A stretch of 20,479 nucleotides of DNA from Deferrisomatales bacterium. Its GTDB lineage: Bacteria > Desulfobacterota > Deferrisomatia > Deferrisomatales > JACRMM01. The position numbers and the translations under genes were made by a program. How positions within the stretch are numbered: position 1 is the first letter of the stretch; each line of letters opens with the position of its first letter. The notes beneath the pieces are model-generated. The model saw nothing but the letters and a program-made list of their open reading frames with translations, did no database searches and had not been told where the DNA came from. Below are positions 1 to 8,418 of the stretch, one piece after another. The stretch covers positions 1 through 20,479 of the forward strand of contig JAWSUI010000061.1 in assembly GCA_033551855.1 (NCBI GenBank). Reading direction: 5' to 3'.

Positions 1-1683
1 CGGGCGGTGCTGGCCGAGGAAGGGGTGCGGGCGCGCCTGCTGGCCTACGCCGACGGGGAGCGGCGGCTCACCAACGTGCTCCACTGCGTGGAGGTGCTCC
101 AGCGCGCCGCTGTGGAGGGGGGGCTCGGTCCCGAAGCGCTCCTCCAGTGGCTCGGCCGCCGGGTCGAGGAGGCGGGGGAGGACGACGGCAGGCGGGAGGC
201 CGAGGAGTACCAGATCCGCCTGGAGAGTGACGCGGCGGCCGTGCAGGTGGTGACGATCCACAAGGCCAAGGGGCTGGAGTACCCCATCGTCTTCTGCCCC
301 TTCGCGTGGGAGGGCCTGCGTGCAACCAAGGCGGATGATCCCGCGGTGTTCCACGGACCTGAAGACGGCCGGCGCCTGGTGCTCGACCTGGGTTCCCCGG
401 ACCTGGTGCGCCACCGGGCCCTGGCCCAACGGGAGGAGCTCGCCGAGGGGCTGCGCCTCCTGTACGTAGCCGTCACCCGGGCCCGGCAGCGCACCTACCT
501 CGTGTGGGGTCGTTACAAGGAGACCGAGACCTCGGCCTTGGGCTACCTCCTCCACGGGCCGGCCGGCGCGGGGACGCTGCCTCTGGAGGAAGTGGTAGGC
601 GCGACGGCCGAGTCCCTGGCGCGCCTCGACGACGGAGCCCTGCGCGACGGCCTCGCGGCGCTCTCCACCGCCGCATGCGGGCGCGTGGGGGTGGCCGACC
701 TTCCACCCGGGCCGGGCCAACGGTACGCCGAGCGGGCCGGGGGGGAAGAGGTCTTCGAGGCCCGGCCCCCGCCCGATGCCATCCCGGCCGACTGGGGTCT
801 GGCGAGCTTCTCGGGGTTCACCTCGGGGAGCTGGGAGCGGGCAGCCCACCCCGACCGGGACGCCCTGGGGCCCCGGGCGCCAGAGGAAACGCGGGAGGCA
901 GACGGGCCGGAGCGAGAGGGCCCCTCGGCTCCTTCCATCTTCTCCTTTCCCCGCGGGGCGCGGGCCGGGAGTTGCCTCCACGCGGTCTTCGAGGACCTGG
1001 AGTTCGCGGGGGCCGGCCCGGCGGAGGTGCGGCGCGTGGCAGCCGAGAAGCTCGCGCTCCACGGGTTCGGGTTCGAGTGGCGCGAAACGGTGGCCAGGAT
1101 GGTGGAGGACGTCCTCGCAGCGCCGGTGCTGGGGCCGGCGGACCCCCTCCGGCTGGGGAAGCTGGGGGGGGGCGACCGGCTCACGGAGCTCGAGTTCCAC
1201 CTGCCCATCGGGCGTGTGAGCCGGGAGGGGCTGGCCCGGGTCTTCCAGGAGCACGGCGGCCCCGACCTCCCGCGCGACTTCACCGGGCGCCTGGGAGAGC
1301 TCGGGTTCCGCCCGGCCCGGGGGCTCCTCAAGGGCTTCATCGACCTGGTCTTCCGCAGCGGGGGGAAGGTCTACCTCCTGGATTGGAAGTCGAACCACCT
1401 GGGGGACGCGGCCTCGGACTACGGGCCGGAGGCCCTCCAGACGGCGATGGCAGAGCACTACTACCATCTCCAGTACCACCTCTATGCCGTGGCGCTGCAC
1501 CGGTACCTGCGGCTCCGGGTCCCGGGCTACCGCTACGAGGAGCACTGCGGCGGGGCGGTGTACGTGTTCCTGCGCGGGGTGGGCGCCGGCGGCTCGCGCG
1601 GGGTCTACCGGGCCCTCCCTGCCCGGGGGGTGGTCGAGGCGCTGGACCGGTATTTCGGGGGAGGCGGCCGTGCAGGCGTTTGA
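1..1683 (+). CDS. recB: RecBCD beta subunit (3' part; 5' end outside window)
   Basis: Helicase motifs VTIHKAKGLEYP and RLLYVAVTRA. C-terminal nuclease domain with GSCLH, GFIDLVF, LLDWKSN and QYHLY. Overlaps the recD start. Confidence 0.95.
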   Translation, partial: RAVLAEEGVRARLLAYADGERRLTNVLHCVEVLQRAAVEGGLGPEALLQWLGRRVEEAGEDDGRREAEEYQIRLESDAAAVQVVTIHKAKGLEYPIVFCPFAWEGLRATKADDPAVFHGPEDGRRLVLDLGSPDLVRHRALAQREELAEGLRLLYVAVTRARQRTYLVWGRYKETETSALGYLLHGPAGAGTLPLEEVVGATAESLARLDDGALRDGLAALSTAACGRVGVADLPPGPGQRYAERAGGEEVFEARPPPDAIPADWGLASFSGFTSGSWERAAHPDRDALGPRAPEETREADGPEREGPSAPSIFSFPRGARAGSCLHAVFEDLEFAGAGPAEVRRVAAEKLALHGFGFEWRETVARMVEDVLAAPVLGPADPLRLGKLGGGDRLTELEFHLPIGRVSREGLARVFQEHGGPDLPRDFTGRLGELGFRPARGLLKGFIDLVFRSGGKVYLLDWKSNHLGDAASDYGPEALQTAMAEHYYHLQYHLYAVALHRYLRLRVPGYRYEEHCGGAVYVFLRGVGAGGSRGVYRALPARGVVEALDRYFGGGGRAGV

Positions 1684-3538
1684 CCGCGGCGGCCGCAGCG
1701 GCCCCGGGGGCGGCACCGCCTTCTCCCCCCTGGACCTGCACTTCGGGCGCTTCCTCGAGGAACTCGAGGGGCGCCCGTGCCCGGAGCTTCGCCTCGCCGC
1801 CGCCCTGACGAGCCGCGCCGTGGGAGCAGGGCACGTGTGCCTGGACCTCGCCGCGGCGGCGGGAGCGGCCGACGGCCCGGCGCCCTGTCCGGATCTCGGG
1901 CCCTGGGTCCGGGCCCTCCGGAAAACCCGGGTCGTGGGGGAACCGGGGGCCTTCGCACCCCTCGTCCTCGACCCCGCGGGGCGGCTCTACCTCCACCGCT
2001 ATTGGGCCTACGAGGACCGCCTCGTTCGGTACCTGAAGGAGCGGGCCGGCGCGTTCGCCCCGGCAGGACCGCCGGAGCGGGTGCGCGCGGCCCTGGACCG
2101 CCTCTTCCCTGCACCGGGAGAGGGAGGGGAGGGGGGAAGGGAGGGGGAGCCCGACTGGCAGCGGGTCGCGGGGGCCGTGGCGGCCTGCCGGCCTTTTTGT
2201 GTCGTCTCCGGGGGGCCGGGCACGGGGAAGACGACGGCGGTCGTGCAGATCCTCGCCCTCTTCGCCCTCCTCCGCCCGGAGCGCCCGCCGCGCATGGCGC
2301 TGGCCGCCCCCACCGGCAAGGCGGCCTCGCGGCTCCAGGAGTCGGTGCGGGCTGCGAAGGGCCGTCTGGCGGCCGAGCCGGGGCGGGAAGCGGCCGCCGC
2401 GATCCCCGAAGAGGTCTCCACCGTGCACCGCCTCCTGGGCGCCGTCCCCAAGACGCCGCGCTTTCGCCATGGGGGCGACGACCCCCTGCCCCACGACGTG
2501 GTGGTGGTGGACGAGGCCTCCATGGTGGACCTGCCCCTCATGGCCAAGCTCGTGGACGCCCTGCGCCCCGAGGCGCGGCTCCTCCTCCTGGGGGACAAGG
2601 ACCAGCTCGCCTCGGTCCAGGCGGGGGCGGTGCTCGGTGACCTGTGCGGCGGGGAGGCCGTGGGGCGGTTCTCCGCCCGCCTGGCCGGCCTGGTCTCCGG
2701 GAGCTCCGGTGACGACCTGGGCCCGTGGGGGGGAGCAACCGAGCGCGAGGGGCTCGCCGACTCGGTGGTGCTCCTGCGGAAGAGCTACCGTTTCGGGGAG
2801 GGGAGCGGCATCGGGAGGGCGAGCCGGCTCGTGAACGCGGGCGACGGCGCGGGGGCGCTCGGGGTGCTCGGCGAACCCGGGTCCGCGGACACCGCCTGGG
2901 CCCCCGTCCCCCCTGCGGAGCGCTTGGCTGCAGCCCTGCGGGAGCCGGTGCTCCGGGGCTACCGCGGTGTAGTGACGGCCGCCGAGCCGGGGGCGGCCCA
3001 CGAGGCCTTCGGGCGCTTCCAGATCCTCTGCGCCCTGCGTAACTCGGCCTACGGCGTCGAGGCCGTGAACCGCCTGGCCGAGGGGCTCCTCGCCGCCGAA
3101 GGGCTCATCGAGCCCCAGGGGAGCTGGTACTCCGGCCGCCCCGTCCTGGTGACCGAGAACGACTACCGGGTGGGGCTCTTCAACGGCGACGTGGGCATCG
3201 CCCTACGCGACCCGAGCGCGGGCGGCGCGCTGCTGGTCTTCTTCCCCGCCCCCGACGGCGCGCTCCGCAGGGTACCCCCCGCCCGGGTGCCCCACCACGA
3301 GACGGCCTACGCCATGACCGTCCACAAGAGCCAGGGGTCCGAGTTCGAAGAGGTGCTCCTGCTCTTGGGCCCCCACCCGAGCCGGGTGCTGACCCGGGAG
3401 CTCGTCTACACCGGCCTCACCCGCGCCCGGCGGCGCGTGGAGGTCTGGGGCACTGAAGCGGTCTTCCGGGAAGCGGTCTCCCGTCGGGTCGAGCGCTCCT
3501 CGGGGCTGCGGGACGCCCTGTGGGGGCCGGGGGCGTAG
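1670..3538 (+). CDS. recD: RecBCD alpha subunit
   Basis: GTG at 1670 after GGAGG. Motifs GHVCLDL, RLYLHRYW, Walker A GGPGTGKTT, AAPTGKAA, VVDEASMVD, GDKDQLASV, AMTVHKSQGSEF, YTGLTRAR. Confidence 0.95.
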   Translation: MQAFDRGGRSGPGGGTAFSPLDLHFGRFLEELEGRPCPELRLAAALTSRAVGAGHVCLDLAAAAGAADGPAPCPDLGPWVRALRKTRVVGEPGAFAPLVLDPAGRLYLHRYWAYEDRLVRYLKERAGAFAPAGPPERVRAALDRLFPAPGEGGEGGREGEPDWQRVAGAVAACRPFCVVSGGPGTGKTTAVVQILALFALLRPERPPRMALAAPTGKAASRLQESVRAAKGRLAAEPGREAAAAIPEEVSTVHRLLGAVPKTPRFRHGGDDPLPHDVVVVDEASMVDLPLMAKLVDALRPEARLLLLGDKDQLASVQAGAVLGDLCGGEAVGRFSARLAGLVSGSSGDDLGPWGGATEREGLADSVVLLRKSYRFGEGSGIGRASRLVNAGDGAGALGVLGEPGSADTAWAPVPPAERLAAALREPVLRGYRGVVTAAEPGAAHEAFGRFQILCALRNSAYGVEAVNRLAEGLLAAEGLIEPQGSWYSGRPVLVTENDYRVGLFNGDVGIALRDPSAGGALLVFFPAPDGALRRVPPARVPHHETAYAMTVHKSQGSEFEEVLLLLGPHPSRVLTRELVYTGLTRARRRVEVWGTEAVFREAVSRRVERSSGLRDALWGPGA

Positions 3539-3614
3539 CCCGTCGGATCACCGCTGTGCTCGTCCGCATCGGCCGGGGGCGTCGAGAGTCGCTCGCACAC
3601 GACGCTTCATCGGT

Positions 3615-3793
3615 CTGCGGATCCGCAGAGGGTCCACGCCCGAGCCCCAGCATCGAAAGATCTACCAAGTTCTCGGCATCCCCGACGAGGTCATGTAACC
3701 CGTGAAGACCTGGGGCGAGTTGTAGTCACCGAAACGCACCCGTGTGCCCGAAATTCCGGGCAAGAGTCACGACGGGCGCCGAAGTTGGGCTAG
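3615..3793 (+). mobile_element. IS remnant: transposase C-terminal tail and probable right end (IS1634-like)
   Basis: 3615-3725 reads LRIRRGSTPEPQHRKIYQVLGIPDEVM*PVKTWGEL*, with an internal TAA at 3696. This resembles IS1634-family C-termini as I recall them. Putative end AAGTTGGGCTAG at 3782-3793. Confidence 0.55.
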
Positions 3794-3907
3794 GAGGAGG
3801 TGGCCCACCTCGCCACGGGCGAGATGGAACCCGCGCTGCGGCCCGAGTTCGTGCTGGAGGAGATCGACGGGGCCGTGGTGATGGCCGCGGTTCCTGGTAG
3901 ACTGTGA
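3794..3907 (+). pseudogene. Fragment of a Schlafen/AlbA_2 domain
   Basis: EEVAHLATGEMEPALRPEFVLEEIDGAVVMAAVP resembles the AlbA_2 'EPxxRPEF..EIDG..V..VP' segment. A matching C-terminal fragment lies at 4626-5025. Confidence 0.5.
3895..3903 (+). promoter_or_regulatory. Putative extended -10 promoter of the TA operon
   Basis: TG-G-TAGACT about 45 bp upstream of the antitoxin start. Confidence 0.35.
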
Positions 3908-3946
3908 ACACACTCGTACCCGAAGCGGCGCAGCAGCGTGGAGTCC

Positions 3947-4183
3947 ATGATGGTGCAGACCATGACCGCGGTTTTTGATGGCAAGACGTTTCGCCCAGAG
4001 GGCCATGTCGCCCTTCGGCCGAACACCAGGGTCCGTATCTCCGTCGAAGTTTCTGAATCGGAACCGGAGCAGACCGTGTCCTTCCTGGAGACGGCCCGTA
4101 GCCTCGAGCTGGAGGGGCCGGAAGACTGGTCTGAGCGCTTCGAAGAGTACCTCTATGACAAAGGCCCGGGACGCCGTGGCTGA
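3947..4183 (+). CDS. Antitoxin, DUF104/AF2212-like (start 3947 or 3950)
   Basis: TMTAVFDGKTFRPEGHVALRPNTRVRISVE N-terminus and acidic tail GPEDWSERFEEYLY. GGAG RBS. Overlaps the PIN gene. Confidence 0.8.
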   Translation: MMVQTMTAVFDGKTFRPEGHVALRPNTRVRISVEVSESEPEQTVSFLETARSLELEGPEDWSERFEEYLYDKGPGRRG

Positions 4184-4597
4184 GTTGTTTCTCGACGCGG
4201 CCTTCGCGATCGCACTGGCGGTGAAAGACGACCGGCATCATGCCCGGGCCCTTGCCCTTGCCGACCAGATCCAGCGACAAGGGCAGCATCTCGTCACCAC
4301 GAGGGCGGTAGCCCTGGAGGTCGGAAACGCGCTCGCCAAGGTGCGGTACCGGCAGGCCGCGGTGGCTCTGCTCACAGCCCTTGAGCGGGATCCGAACGTC
4401 GAGGTGATCCCTTGCTCCGAGCCCCTCTACGAGCGCGCGCTGTCTCTCTATCAGAGCCGGCCGGACAAGGAGTGGGGGATCACGGACTGCCTGTCTTTCG
4501 TAGTCATGGGGGATCGGGGGATCGGGGCATCCGCGAGGCCCTGACAACTGACGATCACCTCGAGCAGGCCGGCTTCGTCGCCCTGCTGCGGGGTTGA
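4176..4597 (+). pseudogene. vapC: VapC/PIN-domain toxin, frameshifted
   Basis: LFLDAAFAIAL, LEVGNAL and WGITDCLSFVVM are in one frame; REALTTDDHLEQAGF is in another. Tandem GGGGGATC at 4508-4515 and 4516-4523 causes the shift. Confidence 0.85.
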
Positions 4598-4625
4598 TAA
4601 GCCGGTCGGGCGTGCCCGGAGGGAC

Positions 4626-5025
4626 GGCAGCGGCGTCCGGGCCACGGTCGAAGCCCTCCTCGTCGCCAATCCGGAACCACCGCGGTTCGACCACCGCCGC
4701 TCGTCACTCGCCCCCTCCGTGGGGCTTGCCCTTCGGGCGGTCCTTGCGGACCGTGCGATTCCGCTGTTCTGCGGAATCGTCCTTCCGCGTCGTCTTCCAC
4801 AACCACGCCCTCATGAGCCCCGAGGCCGGCGCCTGGCTGAACTACTTCGCGCCCCGACCCCTGAACGACCGCCAGCGGGTCGCCCCGGTCTACCTACGCC
4901 AGCGAGGGGAGATTGCAAACCCGGAATACCGGCGCCTGAACCGAGTCGACGCACTGATGGCGAGGAAAGAGCTGAGGGGAATCTTGCAGCCAGGCCTGGC
5001 GGCGCGGGCCGCGCCTACCGCGTGA
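4626..5025 (+). pseudogene. C-terminal fragment of an AlbA_2-HATPase_c_4-HTH protein, interrupted by a 76-bp insertion
   Basis: Removing 4706-4781 gives GSGVRATVEALLVANPEPPRFDHRRSSFRVVFHNHALMSPEAGAWLNYFAPRPLNDRQRVAPVYLRQRGEIANPEYRRLNRVD...ELRGILQPGL. Confidence 0.65.
4701..4781. mobile_element. Small non-coding multi-hairpin insertion with 5-bp direct repeat TCGTC
   Basis: TCGTC at 4701-4705 and 4777-4781. Hairpins at 4710-4725, 4728-4738, 4738-4753 and 4756-4779. Removing it restores a reading frame. Confidence 0.7.
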
Positions 5026-5668
5026 CCTTGTGCCGCCGGTAGCCGGGGCGGAAGTCGTCGGTGGCCGCGTGCACGAGCTCGCCGATCATCCGGTCGCGCG
5101 TGCGGTCGGCGTCGGGAAGCCGGCCGTGGGTCGGGACCCCCTCGGCGTTCAGTCCCACGCTCGCGAGGTGCCAGGTGCCGGAGGCCCCGTTGGTCCACAC
5201 GGTGGCCCCTGCGGAGGTCTCCCGCAACCGGCCGTGGAGCTCGCCGCTGACCGAGGCCCGGGCGCTGAGGGCGGTGAGGTCGGGTTTCACGGAGAAGCTG
5301 GGTTTCGCCGGGGAGACCGAGAGCCGACCGGTCAGCACGGCGTCGACCCCGAAGCGGGCGCCGACGGCCCGGACCGCCTCGAAATCCAGAGCGTCGCGGC
5401 CCACCGCGCGGAGCACTTCCCCCTCGGGGCCGAGCTCCAGGAAGCGCACGTCGGGCTGGGCCGCGTGGACGGACGCCAGGAAACGCTGGGTCACGTCCGG
5501 CACGGGAGGAGCCAGGCCCTCCACGGCGAAGGGGATCACCCCAATCGTTGTGTCGGCACCCAGGTCGACCCGGGGCGGCACGGGGACCACGACCGTTCGG
5601 CTGCAGGCCGTCCCGATAGCTCCGACAAAGAGGAGCAGGGCGGTCAGGAGGGCGGGGGCGGCTCTCAT
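5015..5668 (-). CDS. Lipoprotein, possibly CsgG/TolB-N-like fold
   Basis: AGGAG RBS. Signal peptide with lipobox-like GTAC. 'AVGARFGVDAVLTG' and 'GATVWT' segments. Confidence 0.75.
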   Translation of the reverse strand: MRAAPALLTALLLFVGAIGTACSRTVVVPVPPRVDLGADTTIGVIPFAVEGLAPPVPDVTQRFLASVHAAQPDVRFLELGPEGEVLRAVGRDALDFEAVRAVGARFGVDAVLTGRLSVSPAKPSFSVKPDLTALSARASVSGELHGRLRETSAGATVWTNGASGTWHLASVGLNAEGVPTHGRLPDADRTRDRMIGELVHAATDDFRPGYRRHKVTR

Positions 5669-5892
5669 GGGGTGTCTCCTGGAAAGGGGGCGCCGGCGGG
5701 CGCCGCGCTTCGCCCGGCTTGGATCGGCGTAGGACCGGCAGTCCTTGAGCCGGTCGGCTCAGCGGGCCGAGGTCTTCGCGTGTGCCTCCATTCCCCCCTT
5801 GGTCCCCGCGGCGTTGGGTGATACGTTTGCCGCCGGCCTTGCGTCGGGCCGCCCCTGATGACGACACCCCACACACCTTCGGGAGACCGTCC

Positions 5893-6378
5893 ATGCCGAA
5901 TCTTTGCGTTGCCGTCCGGGAGGGCGACGAGGAGCTCTGGAAGCGGGCCGTCGAACTGGCCGGGGAGGACGTGGCGGCGGCGCGCGTGACCGACGCGTTG
6001 ACCCGGCTCGTGGCGGAGAGGGAGGCCGACGGGCAGGGGTTCGGCCCCATCGAGATCCAGGTTCCGGTGCTGAGCGCCAACAACTGGGTGGTGGGGATGC
6101 GCGCCGTGGCCTTCCAGGGAAAGGAGCTCGCCAGGCACTCGCCCCATCCCATGGCCCATAGCGTCGCCTTTCGGACGCGCAAGGGGAAGCTCCTGATCCA
6201 GCGCGCCAGCGACCAGGGGCCCCGGTTCGGGGTGGGCGGGCCCTACCTCGTCTACGAGACGCTGTCCGAGGCGCGAGCCGCGGTGGACTCCCGGGGGGAG
6301 CCCCTCTACGACGCCGCCTTCCTGGACGAGGTCGCCCGGGCACTGGGCGAGCGCCACGTGGAGGAGCTGGACCTGTGA
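5893..6378 (+). CDS. EXLDI-like protein with putative N-terminal ribbon-helix-helix
   Basis: GGGAG RBS. Begins MPNL..V..GDEELWKRAVELAG and ends VEELDL, matching the EXLDI family pattern. Confidence 0.7.
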   Translation: MPNLCVAVREGDEELWKRAVELAGEDVAAARVTDALTRLVAEREADGQGFGPIEIQVPVLSANNWVVGMRAVAFQGKELARHSPHPMAHSVAFRTRKGKLLIQRASDQGPRFGVGGPYLVYETLSEARAAVDSRGEPLYDAAFLDEVARALGERHVEELDL

Positions 6379-7151
6379 CCCCGGCGGCCCTCGCCGGCGC
6401 AGCGGAGCTGGCCGCGCGCCTCGAGGCGGCGGGGGCCGCGCCCGAGGGCGCCCGGCCCCCGGCCGAGGGCATCCGCCGCCTGCTGCTCGGCTGGTCCCCC
6501 CGGGTGCGGGAGGGGAACTTCGAGGGGCTCGGGGTCGAGGACCTGGACTTCCTGTTCCGAGGGTACGACGACGGGTTCTTCGGCGGGGCCCTGGGGCGGG
6601 CGACGGGGCAGCTCCGGTTCCGCCTCGCCCCCCGGATGACCCGGTCCGGGGGCAAGACCTTCCAGTTCCGGCCCCGCGGGGCAGGGGAGGCCCCCGTCTA
6701 CGAGATCGCCGTGTCCACCCACCTCCTCTTCCGGAGCTTCCGCGGGGGCGGGCGCCCGGTAGAGGTCAACGGCCTTCCGTGCCGCGACCGCCTCGACGCC
6801 CTCCAGCGGATCTTCGAGCACGAGCTCCTCCACCTGGCGGAGCTTCTGGCCTACGGCGCTTCGAGCTGCAAGACGGCGCGCTTCCGGTCCCTGGCTCGCC
6901 GGCTCTTCGGCCACAGGGACGTGACCCACCGCCTCGTCACGGCCCAGGAGTGGGCGCGGGACCGGCACGGCCTGCGGGTCGGCGACCGGGTGAGCTTCAC
7001 CTTCGAGGGGCGGCGCCTGGCAGGGCTCCTGCACCGCGTCACGAAGCGCGCCACCGTGCTGGTGGAGGACCGGGAGGGGACGCCCTACACGGACGGGAGG
7101 CGCTACCGGAAGTTCTACGTTCCCCTCCCGGCCCTGGAGCGGGCGGGGTAG
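6375..7151 (+). CDS. SprT-like zinc metalloprotease-domain protein
   Basis: GTGA overlap with the upstream gene. RMTRSGGKT and HExxH motif (EHELLH). Small beta-rich C-terminal domain. Confidence 0.75.
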   Translation: MTPAALAGAAELAARLEAAGAAPEGARPPAEGIRRLLLGWSPRVREGNFEGLGVEDLDFLFRGYDDGFFGGALGRATGQLRFRLAPRMTRSGGKTFQFRPRGAGEAPVYEIAVSTHLLFRSFRGGGRPVEVNGLPCRDRLDALQRIFEHELLHLAELLAYGASSCKTARFRSLARRLFGHRDVTHRLVTAQEWARDRHGLRVGDRVSFTFEGRRLAGLLHRVTKRATVLVEDREGTPYTDGRRYRKFYVPLPALERAG

Positions 7152-7166
7152 GCGGCCGCCCACCCG

Positions 7167-7655
7167 TCAGGGCCCGAGGCTGCGGATCTCCTCCAGGAGC
7201 CGTTCGTTCTCGGGCATCCCCTGCATCACGTGGCGCACCCGCCCCTCCTTGTCGATCAGGAAGGTGATCCGCCCCCGGCCCCACCGGGAGGCGAGTTTTC
7301 CGCCCTCATCCACCAGGAGGGGGAAGGTGAGGCGGAGCTCCTCCGCGAAGCGCCGGTGAGAGTCGAGATCGTCGGGGCTCACACCCAGGACCTGGGTGTC
7401 CAGGCGCTCGAAGGACGCGATGTCCCTCTGGAACGCCTCCATCTCCGCCGTTCAGCCCGCTGTGAAGTCCTTGAGGTAGAACGCCAGAATCACGTTCTTT
7501 TTGCCCCGGTAGTCCGAGAGGCGGATCGTCCCCTGGGTCGACTCCGCCACGAAGTCCGGCGCTTCCTGCCCCACCTCCACCGACGCCGCGCCGGCGGCGC
7601 CCGGCGCCCACCCGAGCAGCGTCGCAGCGACCGCACAGAGCCATCCCTTCGCCAT
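7167..7655 (-). CDS. Selenocysteine-containing peroxiredoxin (BCP/AhpC-TSA-like) with signal peptide, 162 aa
   Basis: ORFs 7452-7655 and 7167-7442 are in the same frame. They join across TGA (7452-7454) in FYLKDFTAG-U-TAEM, the peroxidatic Cys position. VGQEAPDF, VLGVSPD, FPLL, RITFLIDKEG present. Confidence 0.88.
7429..7441 (-). promoter_or_regulatory. Candidate bacterial SECIS hairpin
   Basis: UGGAG-GCG-UUCCA at +11 to +23 after the UGA, with G opening the apical loop. Confidence 0.45.
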
Positions 7656-7715
7656 GGCACTCCTCCGAAAACCTATGGGCCGGGTCCCGGGAAGGGACGG
7701 CCCGTCGCCCGAGAC

Positions 7716-7743
7716 ACCCTAGCGCCTGGCGGGCGGAGGTCAA
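7716..7743 (-). promoter_or_regulatory. Putative sigma70 promoter of the peroxiredoxin
   Basis: TTGACC-16 nt-TAGGGT on the minus strand. Confidence 0.35.
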
Positions 7744-7781
7744 GGCTGCCCCCCTCCGGCGCCCAGGGCCGCCGAGGGGTC

Positions 7782-7809
7782 TTGCTGCATACTGCGGCGG
7801 TGCTAACCT
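7782..7809 (+). promoter_or_regulatory. Putative divergent sigma70 promoter of the HTH gene
   Basis: TTGCTG-16 nt-TAACCT with an extended TG. Confidence 0.3.
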
Positions 7810-7858
7810 GCAACCCCCCGGGCGTATGACGACGGCGGTGGCCCGGCGCAGGAGGACC

Positions 7859-8038
7859 ATGACCGAAGGGAGAGCTGTCGTCCGGGCACCGCTGCTGAGC
7901 GCCGGGGAAGCCGCCAGGTACCTGGGCGTGGGCCGGCTCATCGAGGAGGGTCGGCTCGCGGTGGTGAGGGCGGGGGGCGCGACCCGGGTGGAAAGGCGCG
8001 ACCTCGACGACTTCCGGTCCGCCGGAGAGCTCACGTGA
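7859..8038 (+). CDS. Excisionase-like (HTH_17) small DNA-binding protein, possibly degenerate
   Basis: AGGAGG RBS. LLSAGEAARYLGV/GRLIEEGRLAVVRAGGATRVERRDLDDF. Confidence 0.65.
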   Translation: MTEGRAVVRAPLLSAGEAARYLGVGRLIEEGRLAVVRAGGATRVERRDLDDFRSAGELT

Positions 8039-8076
8039 GCCCGGGGGGTGGCGGCTCCGGCCGAAGAGGATCACCC

Positions 8077-8418
8077 ATGCGCCTCAAGGAGAGGAAGGTC
8101 GCCGTCTTCCTGGAGGACCTCTACGAGGACCAGGAGTTCTGGTACCCGTGCCTGGGGCTACGGGAAGAAGGCGCCCAGGTGAGCGTAATCGCGCCCCGCG
8201 CCGGTTCCTACGCGAGCAAGCACGGCTCCCCGGCCCGGGCGGACCCGGCGGTGGACGACGCCCAGTTCGAGCGCTTCGACGCCCTGGTGATCCCAGGCGG
8301 ATACGCCCCCGACCGCACGCGCCGTGTGCCGGCCATGGTCGCCTTCGTCCGGCAGATGCACGCGCGGGGCCGGGTGGTGGCGGCGATCTGCCACGCCGGC
8401 TGGATGCTCGCCTCGGCC
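8077..8418 (+). pseudogene. PfpI/DJ-1 family protein, 3'-truncated
   Basis: YEDQEFWYP, FDALVIPGGYAPD and AAICHAGWMLASA present. Similarity ends at about residue 114, then low-complexity read-through to 8712. Confidence 0.75.

Noticed and set aside
1484..1669. Upstream extension of recD
   Set aside because: Lies within recB. The RBS supports GTG 1670.
4681..4700. GGTTCGA resembling a tRNA T-loop
   Set aside because: No cloverleaf. It is coding remnant (R-F-D).
7381..7399. Perfect inverted repeat ACACCCAGG-A-CCTGGGTGT inside the peroxiredoxin
   Set aside because: Too far from the UGA for a typical bacterial SECIS, and explicable by the DTQVLGV codons.
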